Positions 1-11,200 of a stretch of 29,433 nt of DNA are shown piece after piece. The translations under genes were made by a program, and so were the position numbers. The notes beneath the pieces were generated by a model, which had not been told where the DNA came from, did no database searches, and worked only from the letters and a program-made list of their open reading frames with translations. Numbering within the stretch: the first letter of the stretch is position 1; each line of letters begins with the position of its first letter. Origin of the DNA: Ginkgo biloba (taxonomy: Eukaryota; Plantae; Ginkgophyta); assembly GCA_024626585.2 (NCBI GenBank), contig JANKJI020000002.1:172346339-172375771 (forward strand), read 5' to 3'.

Positions 1-3000
1 CCTTATTGATATTCCAAATATTATTATAATGCAACTTCATCTAGGTTTAGTTTCATATGTACTTCAACTAATTTTTTTTTTTTTTTTTATAGTAGGGATA
101 GGGAATATAAGAATTTTATCTCTACAATTGTTGTTGACCCTCCCAATAATCTTGATAATTAGAAATCCTAATCCAATTACTTAATCAAGGACTGGGATTT
201 CTATATTTTTTAGGTGGAATNNNNNNNNNNNNNNNNNNNNNNNNNNNNCCTTTACATGCTTTAACATGGTGACTGCTAAGGCAAATTCCACTGTATATAT
301 ATTTTTATCTTCTTATTATAAGGATACCCATTGAGATTGATCTATTGATGTGATTTCCTACATCATAAGGAACTTAGAATCTACCTTATAATACTTATCA
401 TCAATATCCTTATTGAATATCATAGTAAGTAGTATATTCATCTCATCCATTTGATATTTATCAATCATCTCATATNNNNNNNNNNNNNNNNNNNNNNNNN
501 NNNNNNNNNNCCATACACTTTATAGAATCTTATACATTTATAATTAATATCGAACTGAGTGTATCCTACTCTTATTAAATGGATTGTATCCACCAATATT
601 TCCCTTAAATAATTATAATTCTACCTTATAGTATTCAAGATGAGACACAATCTGAGCATCCAAAGTTACTAATGATGATGTTGAAGTAGAAACCAATGTC
701 CTAAGGGAATGTAGATAATGTCTTAGTTCATTAGTCCTCTCACTAAGTTATAAAGACATCCTAGTATATGGGAGTGGGTGATGGTCTAGATTTTTCTATT
801 CAATAGTTCAAGGTCTTTCTTTAGGTCTATTTTCTCCTTCTTATGTAGATTATCCTAGATTGTTAGTTCATACTTAATTTCTATAACTTGCTAAGTAAGT
901 TATGTGGCTAAGCCTATAATCAATTAGCCAATAGAGAGAGTAGTCACTTATCCTTCAATGATCTCCAAGGTGGGATAAATTTTTCCTTTATAATTCTCTT
1001 TAATATTCCTTAACATTGGCATCTAGGTAGATGTGAACCTTATGATGTTAATGCTTTATTGAACTATGATAACTTCAAAACTACCCAACTATTAGTACCA
1101 AGGGATATTAATGTTTACTGTAACATAAATTGGGGGTCTTCATAGGTCAAAATCTATGTAACGAGAGAACGCTTGTGACTCTCGATAGCATGTTGGGTAG
1201 AATAGGTCAAAAAAAGCAATAATCACACTTCTTAAGCGCCCATAATGTAATTCTTGTTCCGTATNNNNNNNNNNNNNNNNNNNNNNNNNNNNNNNNNNNN
1301 NNNNNNNNNNNNNNNNNNNNNNNNNNNNNNNNNNNNNNNNNNNNNNNNNNNNNNNNNNNNNNNNGTTAGCCCTGTGCCTCTCACCTTTTGGGATAGTCAT
1401 TTTGACTGAGGTGGGAAGGAGAGAACCAATCTCCTATTTACATTTACCAATGATGATTATCATGTAATGTATTTAGAGAGTGCATTCATCATCAAGTCCT
1501 TGCTAGAGGATGAAGTAGGATAAAATCCTAATATCATAGAAATCATAGTCATTTAGGCCACCTAAGAGGTAACCAACATGGTTATTACACCTAGTGAGGA
1601 AGGTCTTGAAGTGTGAGTATTTAGAGAAGCTAAAAGAGATGGATTTCTGGGGGGAATAGTCCTTGATGAACATGCTTGATATTGGACTTGTTATTATTGC
1701 CTTTTTAGGGACCTAGAAACCACCACTAATTTTCTCAAAATAGTCTTATTTCTCTCTGGTAGAACTAATGAGCCATGGACTAAAGAGGTTATAGATTACT
1801 AAGAAAAAATCTTATTTGATATATAATCTACCTTAGTGGACAAGATTTCCATTTTTATAAATTTTATGGACTATGGTAGATAATCTGGAATAGTGGCATT
1901 AGGATCTTGGGATTGGGATACTACTAAATGTTAGGATCATACCCACTATTGTTATGGAGAGATGAGTGACTTATTAACATTATGATTACAATTGAGTATA
2001 TGACTCACATAGGCATAAATATTTAGGTTCAAAATAGTTTTCTTCATATTAGAAATAATTTCCTTAATCTCACCTTCCAATGGCCAAAATATGACAATTT
2101 AATGGTTCTTAAGTTATCCTTTAAGATAGAAATTATGTCCATAAACTACATCATCCCATTTCACTTTCATCCACTAGACCTTAATATAATTTAAAAGCAA
2201 AGTGGAATTCATCATTCAAGGTGTGCATCTAGGTAAAATGGAAGTATTATGAAGAGACTGATGTCACTTCATCATCATTTGTGTATTACAAATATTTATC
2301 TAGGGATGCATATGCCTTACACTTAGGTAATGCTATTGAAACAACCAAATTCAACCTCTCAATTAAATTCATATCCATTAAATACAAGACTAATGGAGCC
2401 AAAAAGTATCTCTCATATTGCTGTATCATGATGTAGAACTCATTAAAATGTTATGCATACCACTTATACTAATTGAAGGCATATCTTAAGGCCATGCAAG
2501 TAATCAATTCCATCCACTACATAGTTAGGTATATTTTTACTTCTCCACAAGCTAATATATTGGATAAAATCCTTATGGACCATAGCCTAGATTTATTGGT
2601 AATAACTAAAATGGTGAGCCTATTAGATCAAATATATACCTATAAATCTATTTTCCCTAGGANNNNNNNNNNNNNNNNNNNNNNNNNNNNNNNNNNNNNN
2701 NNNNNNNNNNNNNNNNNNNNNNNNNNNNNNNNNNNNNNNNNTATAATCTCCATATCATCAATGATTAGAATTTTCTCTCTTATGTGCAAGCTCCACATCT
2801 CAAATCACCTTAGGATCTCTATCGATGCTGGGTAATCCATGTACATTATTAATATTTTTGCAATATTTATAAGTCTTATTGATTGTAGGCGCTCATAAGA
2901 CTCTAAATTATTGTTGTCATCCTATGCTAATAACTTCTTCCATTCATCGATCCTTAGGATTAGGTCATCTTCAACTACTTTATGCATGTAAAAAGTCACT

Positions 3001-3118
3001 ATGGAATGATATTCCTTAATGATTAAAGATATTATATCTAGTTCTATGACTCTTCTTGGTTGAACTCTATTGTACTTCACCAAAATTACTCTTTCTATAC
3101 TCACCACTTCTTATCCAT
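1..3118 (-). pseudogene. Decayed LTR-retrotransposon accessory ORF (plant-mobile-domain-like N-terminus, Ser/Pro-rich middle, coiled-coil-like C-terminus), copy A; runs off the left edge
   Basis: Manual minus-strand translation through stops gives IVTFYMHKVVEDDLILRIDEWKKLL (~2930-3000), ITCMALRYAFN*YKWYA*HFNEFY (~2435-2505) and YIKV*WMKVKWDDVVYG...IFWPLEG (~2075-2190). It is colinear at DNA level with 8948-11700 and at protein level with 21200-22689. Confidence 0.65.
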
Positions 3119-3395
3119 TTTGAATACAAATGAGATTGAAATCAATTAATGGGTCCTCTTATACCCTTTCTATGAAACTTTTCTTACTAGATTATCATTA
3201 CCACATCACACAAAAGCATACAAATATGAGAGGATCTAAAAGTTTCTACCAATCAACAGATCCAACACTATCCATTTAGCATGGCCATTCATTTTACTCA
3301 TGTCATATCCTATATGGAGCATCATTATTTCTCTATAATGTCATACTAAATTAAATATTAAGAATATTAAGTGTCCTAAGAATGATATCTAATGA

Positions 3396-3410
3396 TGTCT
3401 GATACCATGA
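3396..3410 (-). promoter_or_regulatory. Candidate primer-binding site (tRNA-iMet type) preceded by an LTR-like CA end
   Basis: The minus strand reads TCA-TGGTATCAGACA, matching the first 10 nt of the canonical plant PBS TGGTATCAGAGC and directly following CA. Confidence 0.45.
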
Positions 3411-3524
3411 ATTGTCTTCACCCATACTCATTTATGGTGAGCAAAAAGGGAGGTAGGTGAAAGATCCATTAAATTTGTAGGAAAGGATTTGACATATTGG
3501 CAAGAAAAAACTTTGTTATGCCTC

Positions 3525-3797
3525 TTCCCTAGTCCCTGTTGATTCAAGATGACCTGACCAAAGAAGGGAAGGCATATTTCTTAGATTCCCTAGTCCCTTG
3601 GCTAGTGGGAAGTGCTTAACTAAGGAAGGGAACATGTGGTAGACACTAATATGTTAGATTTATTTTTAATATATTTCTTAGTCTTTAGTGAGATAAGATG
3701 ATCTAACTATGGAAGGGAAGGCATAATCCTTAAATTCCCTAATTCCTTTATCAAAACAAAGTGCTCAACTAGGGAAGGGAATATTAGTAGATGCAGA
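3525..3797. repeat. Degenerate tandem duplication, ~150 bp period
   Basis: gaagggaaggcatatttcttagattccctagtccc...aagtgcttaactaaggaagggaa (from ~3563) recurs as gaagggaaggcataatccttaaattccctaattcc...aagtgctcaactagggaagggaa (from ~3712). Confidence 0.8.
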
Positions 3798-4592
3798 GTT
3801 ATAAATGGAATGGATTAATGTTGATAACTAGAATAATGCCAATTATAATTCAAAGAATGTCAATTATTATTAAAACATTACTTAATTCACCTTGAGANNN
3901 NNNNNNNNNNNNNNNNNNNNNNNNNNNNNNNNNNNNNNNNNNNNNNNNNNNNNNNNNNNNNNNNNNNNNNNNNNNNNNNNNNNNNNNNNNNNNNNNNNNN
4001 NNNNNNNNNNNNNNNNNNNNNNNNNNNNNNNNNNNNNNNNNNNNNNNNNNNNNNNNNNNNNNNNNNNNNNNNNNNNNNNNNNNNNNNNNNNNNNNNNNNN
4101 NNNNNNNNNNNNNNNNNNNNNNNNNNNNNNNNNNNNNNNNNNNNNNNNNNNNNNNNNNNNNNNNNNNNNNNNNNNNNNNNNNNNNNNNNNNNNNNNNNNN
4201 NNNNNNNNNNNNNNNNNNNNNNNNNNNNNNNNNNNNNNNNNNNNNNNNNNNNNNNNNNNNNNNNNNNNNNNNNNNNNNNNNNNNNNNNNNNNNNNNNNNN
4301 NNNNNNNNNNNNGGAGTTACATAACATATTACTCTCTAAAAGGTGCTTATTATCCAGCTTACTTATTTAGATATACATATATAAATATGCCTGCATGATC
4401 CTAATAACTCCACCCATTAGGTGACATAATTATTAAGAAAGTACCTATTGAATGGATGCAAGAGCTATAGACCATCTAGTGTGATCAACGTAAAGGGCCC
4501 ATTACCAAAATCTTCACATATATAATAGAAACCTAGTGATAGTGAATTAACTTCTCACTTTCCTTATCCAAAATCAAAACTAAGTCATAACA

Positions 4593-4804
4593 TTTTTTTT
4601 TATTTTTTAAGTACTAGGGGAATTGGTAGGCGAAGCCAATTTTCTCAACATAGATGATGGTTTAATCCATGCCTACCCCTATAAGCCCTAGCCATAGGAA
4701 AAAAAAACCTCACTATCTGCAAATGGTAAATTGAGGGGAATAGAACCTCGGTATAGTGGGTATCAACCCAAAGCTACGGCCGTTGCACAAAACCCCCAGG
4801 GGCC
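4593..4804 (-). mobile_element. tRNA-derived SINE (~210 bp)
   Basis: The minus strand has a GC-rich 5' end, an A-box-like TTGTGCAACGG (4780-4790), a B-box-like GGTTCTATTCCC (~4735-4746) about 33 bp downstream, and an A-rich tail (plus-strand T run 4593-4608). It retains several CpGs, unlike its flanks. No clear TSD. Confidence 0.75.
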
Positions 4805-5437
4805 ACATGTATATTTTATTTTAGATCCTATATTACTATGACTTTGAATGTATTTCTCATAAAAGAATCCATTGACATCTATTTTCATAACTTTTATGAC
4901 TTTGTGCTCTAGCACACTTGTAATTGAGAAAGTTTATTCTTTATCTAATTGCTTGATTCCTTATTTTTTCACTTTGATTCTTGAGCGATAGATTATTTTA
5001 TTTATTGTGCAATACTTGAGTCAATAGAATCTAGTTTCAATATTTTGTATATATTTCATACAATTTTTCTAATTACTATTGAGATGTTTTCTCTATTGGC
5101 ATGTAGAGTCTACATGTGTGAAGAATCTATCTTCATAAGTGTTTAGCGTTGAAAAAATAATTTGGTGGTGGTTTAATAAAAAGTGCAATGTAGCTAGGAA
5201 AATCCATAGTGATTACATTAAGAATCACACCTTTTTATCAAACACAAGGGACATAGTTTAATAATGAAATTAGTTATATACATGAATAGAATTATACTTT
5301 CCTTATAGAGAAGCTGACATAGTAGGTGTTACATTGTTTATAACAATACAAAGAGATGATTTACCCTTGGATTTTTGGATCATAGATTTTACACATTAAA
5401 GGATTCTATTTATTCATTTTCCAATGAGTACATAATT

Positions 5438-5449
5438 TAATATCAGAGC
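5438..5449 (+). promoter_or_regulatory. Decayed tRNA-iMet primer-binding site of the downstream Gypsy element
   Basis: TAATATCAGAGC equals TGGTATCAGAGC with two G-to-A transitions and lies ~95 bp upstream of the gag remnant on the same strand. Confidence 0.7.
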
Positions 5450-5543
5450 ATTACTACTTTGAGTTGGGTGAGAAAATGTCATTTTATTTTTATTCTTATA
5501 ATTTCAAATTTTTTTCTACTTCCATGTGATATCCACTAGATAA

Positions 5544-6256
5544 ATGAGTTTGAATGTAGGAATAGACATGGATAGAGAGGAATCAACAATTGAAGGAAGT
5601 AGAGATGAGGTTTCACATTAAAAAACCCCTTTATAATTTGGCTAAAAATAGAAGGGACATATAGGGACCAACTGAGTAAGTTGGAGGATTTTCAAGAGAG
5701 AACTCTTTAGGATCATATGGATAAGATATAGATTTTAGTTTGAAGAATGGAAAAGGAACAAAAGGAGGGTATTAATGCTATAGGAGGAATAGTTAAACTG
5801 ATGCAATAGATGTAGATATAACTTATACCCTTTGGTGCTTCATCCTTGGTGGTTCTACTACCTATGGTAACTACTTCCTTACCTCCTCCTTTAAATTCTA
5901 TTCTTAGTATACCCCAACATATTATTTATCCTACCATAGGTCCATCAGTACTATTGAACCCATTTTAGGTTGATTCAAAGGTGGAGATAAAATTATTTGA
6001 TGTGATAATGTATTATGAATCTTTAAAGACTTATATCCAAGCATTATATGTTTATTTCTCTTATCAAGAATATACAGATGAGTAGAAGATCTTATTTTAT
6101 AGGTTGAAGATGGTGAAGAAGGATCTAATTTGGTGGGAGTATTTTTACAAGTAATGAGAGTAGTAAATTCATTATTATATTACTTATTATACTATGTTTA
6201 AGAAGGTTATGAGAAATAAATTCTATCCTCTTGGTTATGAGGATGATCTCTTTCTC
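5544..6256 (+). mobile_element. gag: Ty3/Gypsy gag remnant (Retrotrans_gag-like), ends at a gap
   Basis: Translation PF*VDSKVEIKLFD...LKTYIQALYVYFSYQEYTDE*KILFYRLKMVKKDLIWWEY...FKKVMRNKFYPLGYEDDL matches the plant Gypsy gag pattern (PFKVEAKxxIxxYDG...A..WW...F...LR..FYPxGY). A PBS lies upstream. Confidence 0.8.
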
Positions 6257-6356
6257 NNNNNNNNNNNNNNNNNNNNNNNNNNNNNNNNNNNNNNNNNNNN
6301 NNNNNNNNNNNNNNNNNNNNNNNNNNNNNNNNNNNNNNNNNNNNNNNNNNNNNNNN

Positions 6357-6605
6357 TCACCATCATAAGGCTTGATTTCTACTTTGGCCTCAACTCTAAA
6401 TGGATTCTTGGTTGGTTGAGAGTCTTCTTGAAAAATCCATTCCAAATCATTCTTGGAAATACTAGCCTCTCTTTGGAGATTCAAAACTTGAATCTTCATC
6501 TTTTGGATGCTTTAAATCCATTAACAGTTGTAGAATAGTCTCCATACTAGACTCTAATGTCATGAATCTTTCCTTAATACCATCTTCCACTATTCTTTCT
6601 ATCAT
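6357..6605 (-). mobile_element. gag: Second Gypsy gag N-terminal remnant of a related family, opposite orientation
   Basis: The ORF track shows KNPFRVEAKVEIKPYDG. An upstream frame gives MIERIVEDGIKERFMTLESSMETILQLL, joined by a frameshift. Confidence 0.7.
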
Positions 6606-7620
6606 TTTTTTAAACTATTGGTTCTTTGTATTTATCTCAAACTAATTATACGACTATGATTTTTGTGTCTCAATATGATAGAGAGGTTCTAATCAATCCT
6701 CATCCATGCTAATGGTAGAGATAAAAGGAGAATCTATAGGATCAGCTAATTCCTAGTACTCTAACATGTTCATTATGAATTATTCCACCTAAAAATTAAT
6801 TGACAAGATAAATTCCTTCTCATAAAACAATGAGAATGGAATCAATCCAACATAAACCTTGTGAGCGGTTGACAAAGCCTACAAAATCAAATCAAGATTT
6901 TGGTACCAATCCTAATTATGCAGAGAAATTATACAATGAAAAATATTTATTAATACTTCAGTAGTTATTTTTCCTAATCCATTACCCTATGGGTGATATG
7001 AAGATGAAAATTGATGCTTAATCCCTAGCTTTGATGTAAGATCCCTCATCACTTTATTCTAAATTTGTTTGTCTCTATAAAAAATCAATTCAAAAGTAAC
7101 ACTAAGCCTATACATAATATTAGTTATAATAATAGTGACTATGGTTTTAACATCATCCCTTCTAGTTGGAGCCACTTTACCCCATTTAGTAAGGTAATCT
7201 ATAACAATAATTATATGGAGGTGTATAGATAAGAAATGTACTATGATGTTAAGATAATCTAAACCCCACTTCCCAAATGGAATCAAAGGGATGATGGGTT
7301 GTAGAGGCAAGTTGGGTAATATGAATTATTTATATTAATCTTGTACATATTCCATGCTTTAGTAACTACATATGTGTCTTTTTATAATATAGACTAATAG
7401 AAGCCTATATATACTACCTTCCTTGTTATATTTTTCCCAATAAAATGGTTGCTACATATTCTAGCATGGAATTCATGTAGTACCTCTTATGCTTGTGTTG
7501 ATTCACATACTTTAGCAATGCATCTCCATATTTAAGTGATAAAGAGATCCTCCTGTCCACTTGTAATGACCAATCTAAATTTTGATGTTACACTTTTCTT
7601 CTTTGATAGAGTCTTTAAAA
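6606..7620 (-). mobile_element. pol: Ty3/Gypsy (Athila/Tat-like, non-chromoviral) pol remnant: integrase zinc-binding domain, rve core and C-terminal helix
   Basis: Motifs in the correct order: EVLHEFHARICSNHFIGKNITRKVVYIGFY*S (H2C2 region), PLQPIIPLIPFGKWGLDY, IIVIDYLTKW, HQFSSSYHP*GNG, PFSLFYEKEFILSI, MDED*LEPLYHIETQK. Many stops and frameshifts. Confidence 0.9.
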
Positions 7621-7624
7621 ATAA

Positions 7625-8002
7625 TTTTATTTTTTTTATCAGGGTAGAAGGGATTTTGAGGTCCCCAAACCTTTCCAAAATACCGCCAAGAAAAATAACA
7701 GGTCTGCAGACCAAACAAGACAAAAACTAAAGCTCTTGAAACCCCTAAAAGGTTTTTAAAGAAATACATCAACTTCTAAGAAATAGAAAATCAAAAGATA
7801 GACTTTTCACTCATTTACAACTACTACTCATAAGCAAAAAAATAAAATTTTATTTAGCCCAACAATAGATTCTGCAAGCATAAGGAGAAACTGAAATGAG
7901 ACCCTACAAATCACACATGAGAAGTAGTCAATGCCCATACTTCCATACTACCAGGTAAACACCAAAAAGATGAGGCTACAACCAAGCTCCTAGTGTAAGG
8001 GG
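7625..8002 (-). mobile_element. Probable LINE 3' UTR and A-rich tail inserted into the Gypsy pol remnant
   Basis: pol homology stops at a T-rich run (7625-7637). The minus strand is T/G-rich, non-coding and ends ...aaggtttggggacctcaaaatcccttctaccctgatAAAAAAAATAAAA. It retains CTGCAG/CAG sites, so it looks younger than its host. Confidence 0.5.
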
Positions 8003-8249
8003 NNNNNNNNNNNNNNNNNNNNNNNNNNNNNNNNNNNNNNNNNNNNNNNNNNNNNNNNNNNNNNNNNNNNNNNNNNNNNNNNNNNNNNNNNNNNNNNNNN
8101 NNCTTATCTCTCTTTAATTATAATTTAAAATTAGAAAATATAAATTCACCAAAGAGGGATAGGGATTTAGTTTGTTAACTATCTTCATCAAAACTCTAGT
8201 AGAAGGTTCTATTAAAAATGACCTACAATTGTTAAAGAAATTAATGTTA

Positions 8250-11200
8250 CAAGTTTTATGTTGAATTATAATTTATGCCTTATGGATAATCTTTAGATAT
8301 TTTCCTTTTTACTATTGGTGTGGATCAACATTTAAAATTCATGTAATTTAGAGTAGATATTTTCCTTTTCATTATTGATGTGGTTTATACCAATGCTTAT
8401 TTAGGTAGTGAGTTTTTATATGGAGACCTTAAGCTTGGATTATCAAGACCCCTAAGCATTGGTCCAAATAAAGGAAGTGTTGATACTTGTCCAACTATGG
8501 AATCACTAGAGGGATTTAATAAAGTTCTTGTAATTTGTTGAATGGTGAATCCAAATAATATTTTTATAAATCACACTCCTTATTGCACATAATGGAAGCA
8601 TCTAGACCAACTACTACTCTGGTACTCTACATTATAGACACTTCTAGGAAAGAAACAACCTAAGTAGGTGAGGATGAATATAATGAAGAAATGATCAACA
8701 TATAGACAAGATATATAATGTGAGATTCCATTATAGTAAAGATTAAATGGCTTACCAAAATAAGGGCCTATGGATATATAAGTGTTGGTGGTATTATTGG
8801 TACTTATGTGGATGATATTAATAACATATTAAATCCTAGTAGGATAATAGGTACTAGCAACATGACAAATGAGAATAATTAGTTGTCATCGATTATATTA
8901 TTAGTATCATTGTTATAAAGGAATATAATGGAGTTATAGTATATGGTCCTTCTCCATATTCTAAATATTCTTATAGTGAAACTTTGGCTAGGCTTAGTTA
9001 TGCATGTGCTTCAACTACTTCTCATTCATACTATTATAGTAGGGATAGGGAAACTAAGGATTATGTCTCTACCTAAATTATTAAAACTTATAATGAGATA
9101 AACTACTACAAAGTCTTATATAATTATATAATCATGGATTGAGCTTTTTACATCTTCCATATAACATCATCCTACTATACCTAGAGGAACCCTACATGAT
9201 TTGGAATGGTAATTACCAACTTAAATATCATTGGAAATTTATTATTAGTATATTATTCCAAGTTTATCCTATGTGATTAATTTATAAATGTGACCACCTA
9301 CATCATAAGGAACTCAAACTGTACCTTTTAAGATCCAATATCGGTAGCCTTTGTACCTATTATAGTAATCAATGCATCCATCTCATCCATTCAAGATTTG
9401 ATGGACATATCTTATAAGAATATAACTGCCAACTCATTCTTCACCTTGGCTATGGATATAAATCTACTTTATATCCGTTTGTATACTTATAGTTGGCATC
9501 ACCTTGAGTATATCCTTCTCTTATTGAATGACTTGTAATTGAGCATTATATCCACTAATATTTCCCTTAAGGTGTTATACTTCTTCCTTATAGTAATCAA
9601 GATGAGCCATATTATAAGGGTATGGAATTACTATTGATTATGCTAGGGTAGAAGATAATGTCCTAAGGGTATTCCCATAAGTTCTCATTTCATTAGGNNN
9701 NNNNNNNNNNNNNNNNNNNNNNNNNNNNNNNNNNNNNNNNNNNNNNNNNNNNNNNNNNNNNNNNNNNNNNNNNNNNNNNNNNNNNNNNNNNNNNNNNNNN
9801 NNNNNNNNNNNNNNNNNNNNNNNNNNNNNNNNNNNNNNNNNNNNNNNNNNNNNNNNNNNNNNNNNNNNNNNNNNNNNNNNNNNNNNNNNNNNNNNNNNNN
9901 NNNNNNNNNNNNNNNNNNNNNNNNNNNNNNNNNNNNNNNNNNNNNNNNNNNNNNNNNNNNNNNNNNNNNNNNNNNNNNNNNNNNNNNNNNNNNNNNNNNN
10001 NNNNNNNNNNNNNNNNNNNNNNNNNNNNNNNNNNNNNNNNNNNNNNNNNNNNNNNNNNNNNNNNNNNNNNNNNNNNNNNNNNNNNNNNNNNNNNNNNNNN
10101 NNNNNNNNNNNNNNNNNNNNNNNNNNNNNNNNNNNNNNNNNNNNNNNNNNNNNNNNNNNNNNNNNNNNNNNNNNNNNNNNNNNNNNNNNNNNNNNNNNNN
10201 NNNNNNNNNNNNNNNNNNNNNNNNNNNNNNNNNNNNNNNNNNNNNNNNNNNNNNNNNNNNNNNNNNNNNNNNNNNNNNNNNNNNNNNNNNNNNNNNNNNN
10301 NNNNNNNNNNNNNNNNNNNNNNNNNNNNNNNNNNNNNNNNNNNNNNNNNNNNNNNNNNNNNNNNNNNNNNNNNNNNNNNNNNNNNNNNNNNNNNNNNNNN
10401 NNNNNNNNNNNNNNNGATCTAACTCAACAACCAATATTTACACCTTCATAAATTATATAGGCCACATCAAATAATATAGAAAAGGGGAATTAGGATCCTA
10501 GAACTAGGATACCACTAGATGTTAGAACCATTCCCACTACTATTGTGGAGATATAAGTGGATTACTAATATTATGCTTGTAAATGGATATATGATTCTTA
10601 TAGGACCAAATATTAAGTTTTAGAATAAATTTATTCATATTAGAAATATTTTACTCAATGTTTCCTTATAATGGCCAAAAGGTCACTAATTAGAGGTTCT
10701 CGAGTTGGACTTTGAGATATAAATTAGATCCATAAACCACATCATACCATTCCACTTTTAGCCACTCGTCCTTAATATAATATGGAAATGAACTGGTCTT
10801 CTCTAGTCCATAATTTAGGGTACATACCTAGGTAAATAGAACTATTTGAATGAAGATATTGATGCAAATTCATCATCATCTATATGTTTCATATATCTAT
10901 CTAAGGATGCATATTATTGGAACCTTGGAAATGATATTGAATCAACCCAATATAACCTCTTAATTAAATCCATAGTCATTACATACAAGATTTATAGAGA
11001 TGGAAAGTATCTAATAGATTATAGAGTCATGGTATATAACTTATTAAACCATTATGCACACCACTTAGCCTAATTAAAGGTGTCCCATAATTCCACATAG
11101 GAAATTAATTACATCCATTACATAGTTTGGTATATTGACACTTCTTCGCAATCCAATATCTCGACTAAAATCTATGGGATGCATAGCTCAATCAGGTTTT

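Noticed and set aside
4730-4804. tRNA gene
   Set aside because: No convincing cloverleaf; the A/B boxes are followed by an unrelated body and A tail, as in a SINE.
10846-11073. Plus-strand ORFs 10846-11073 and 2473-2835
   Set aside because: Antisense shadows of the decayed minus-strand accessory ORF.
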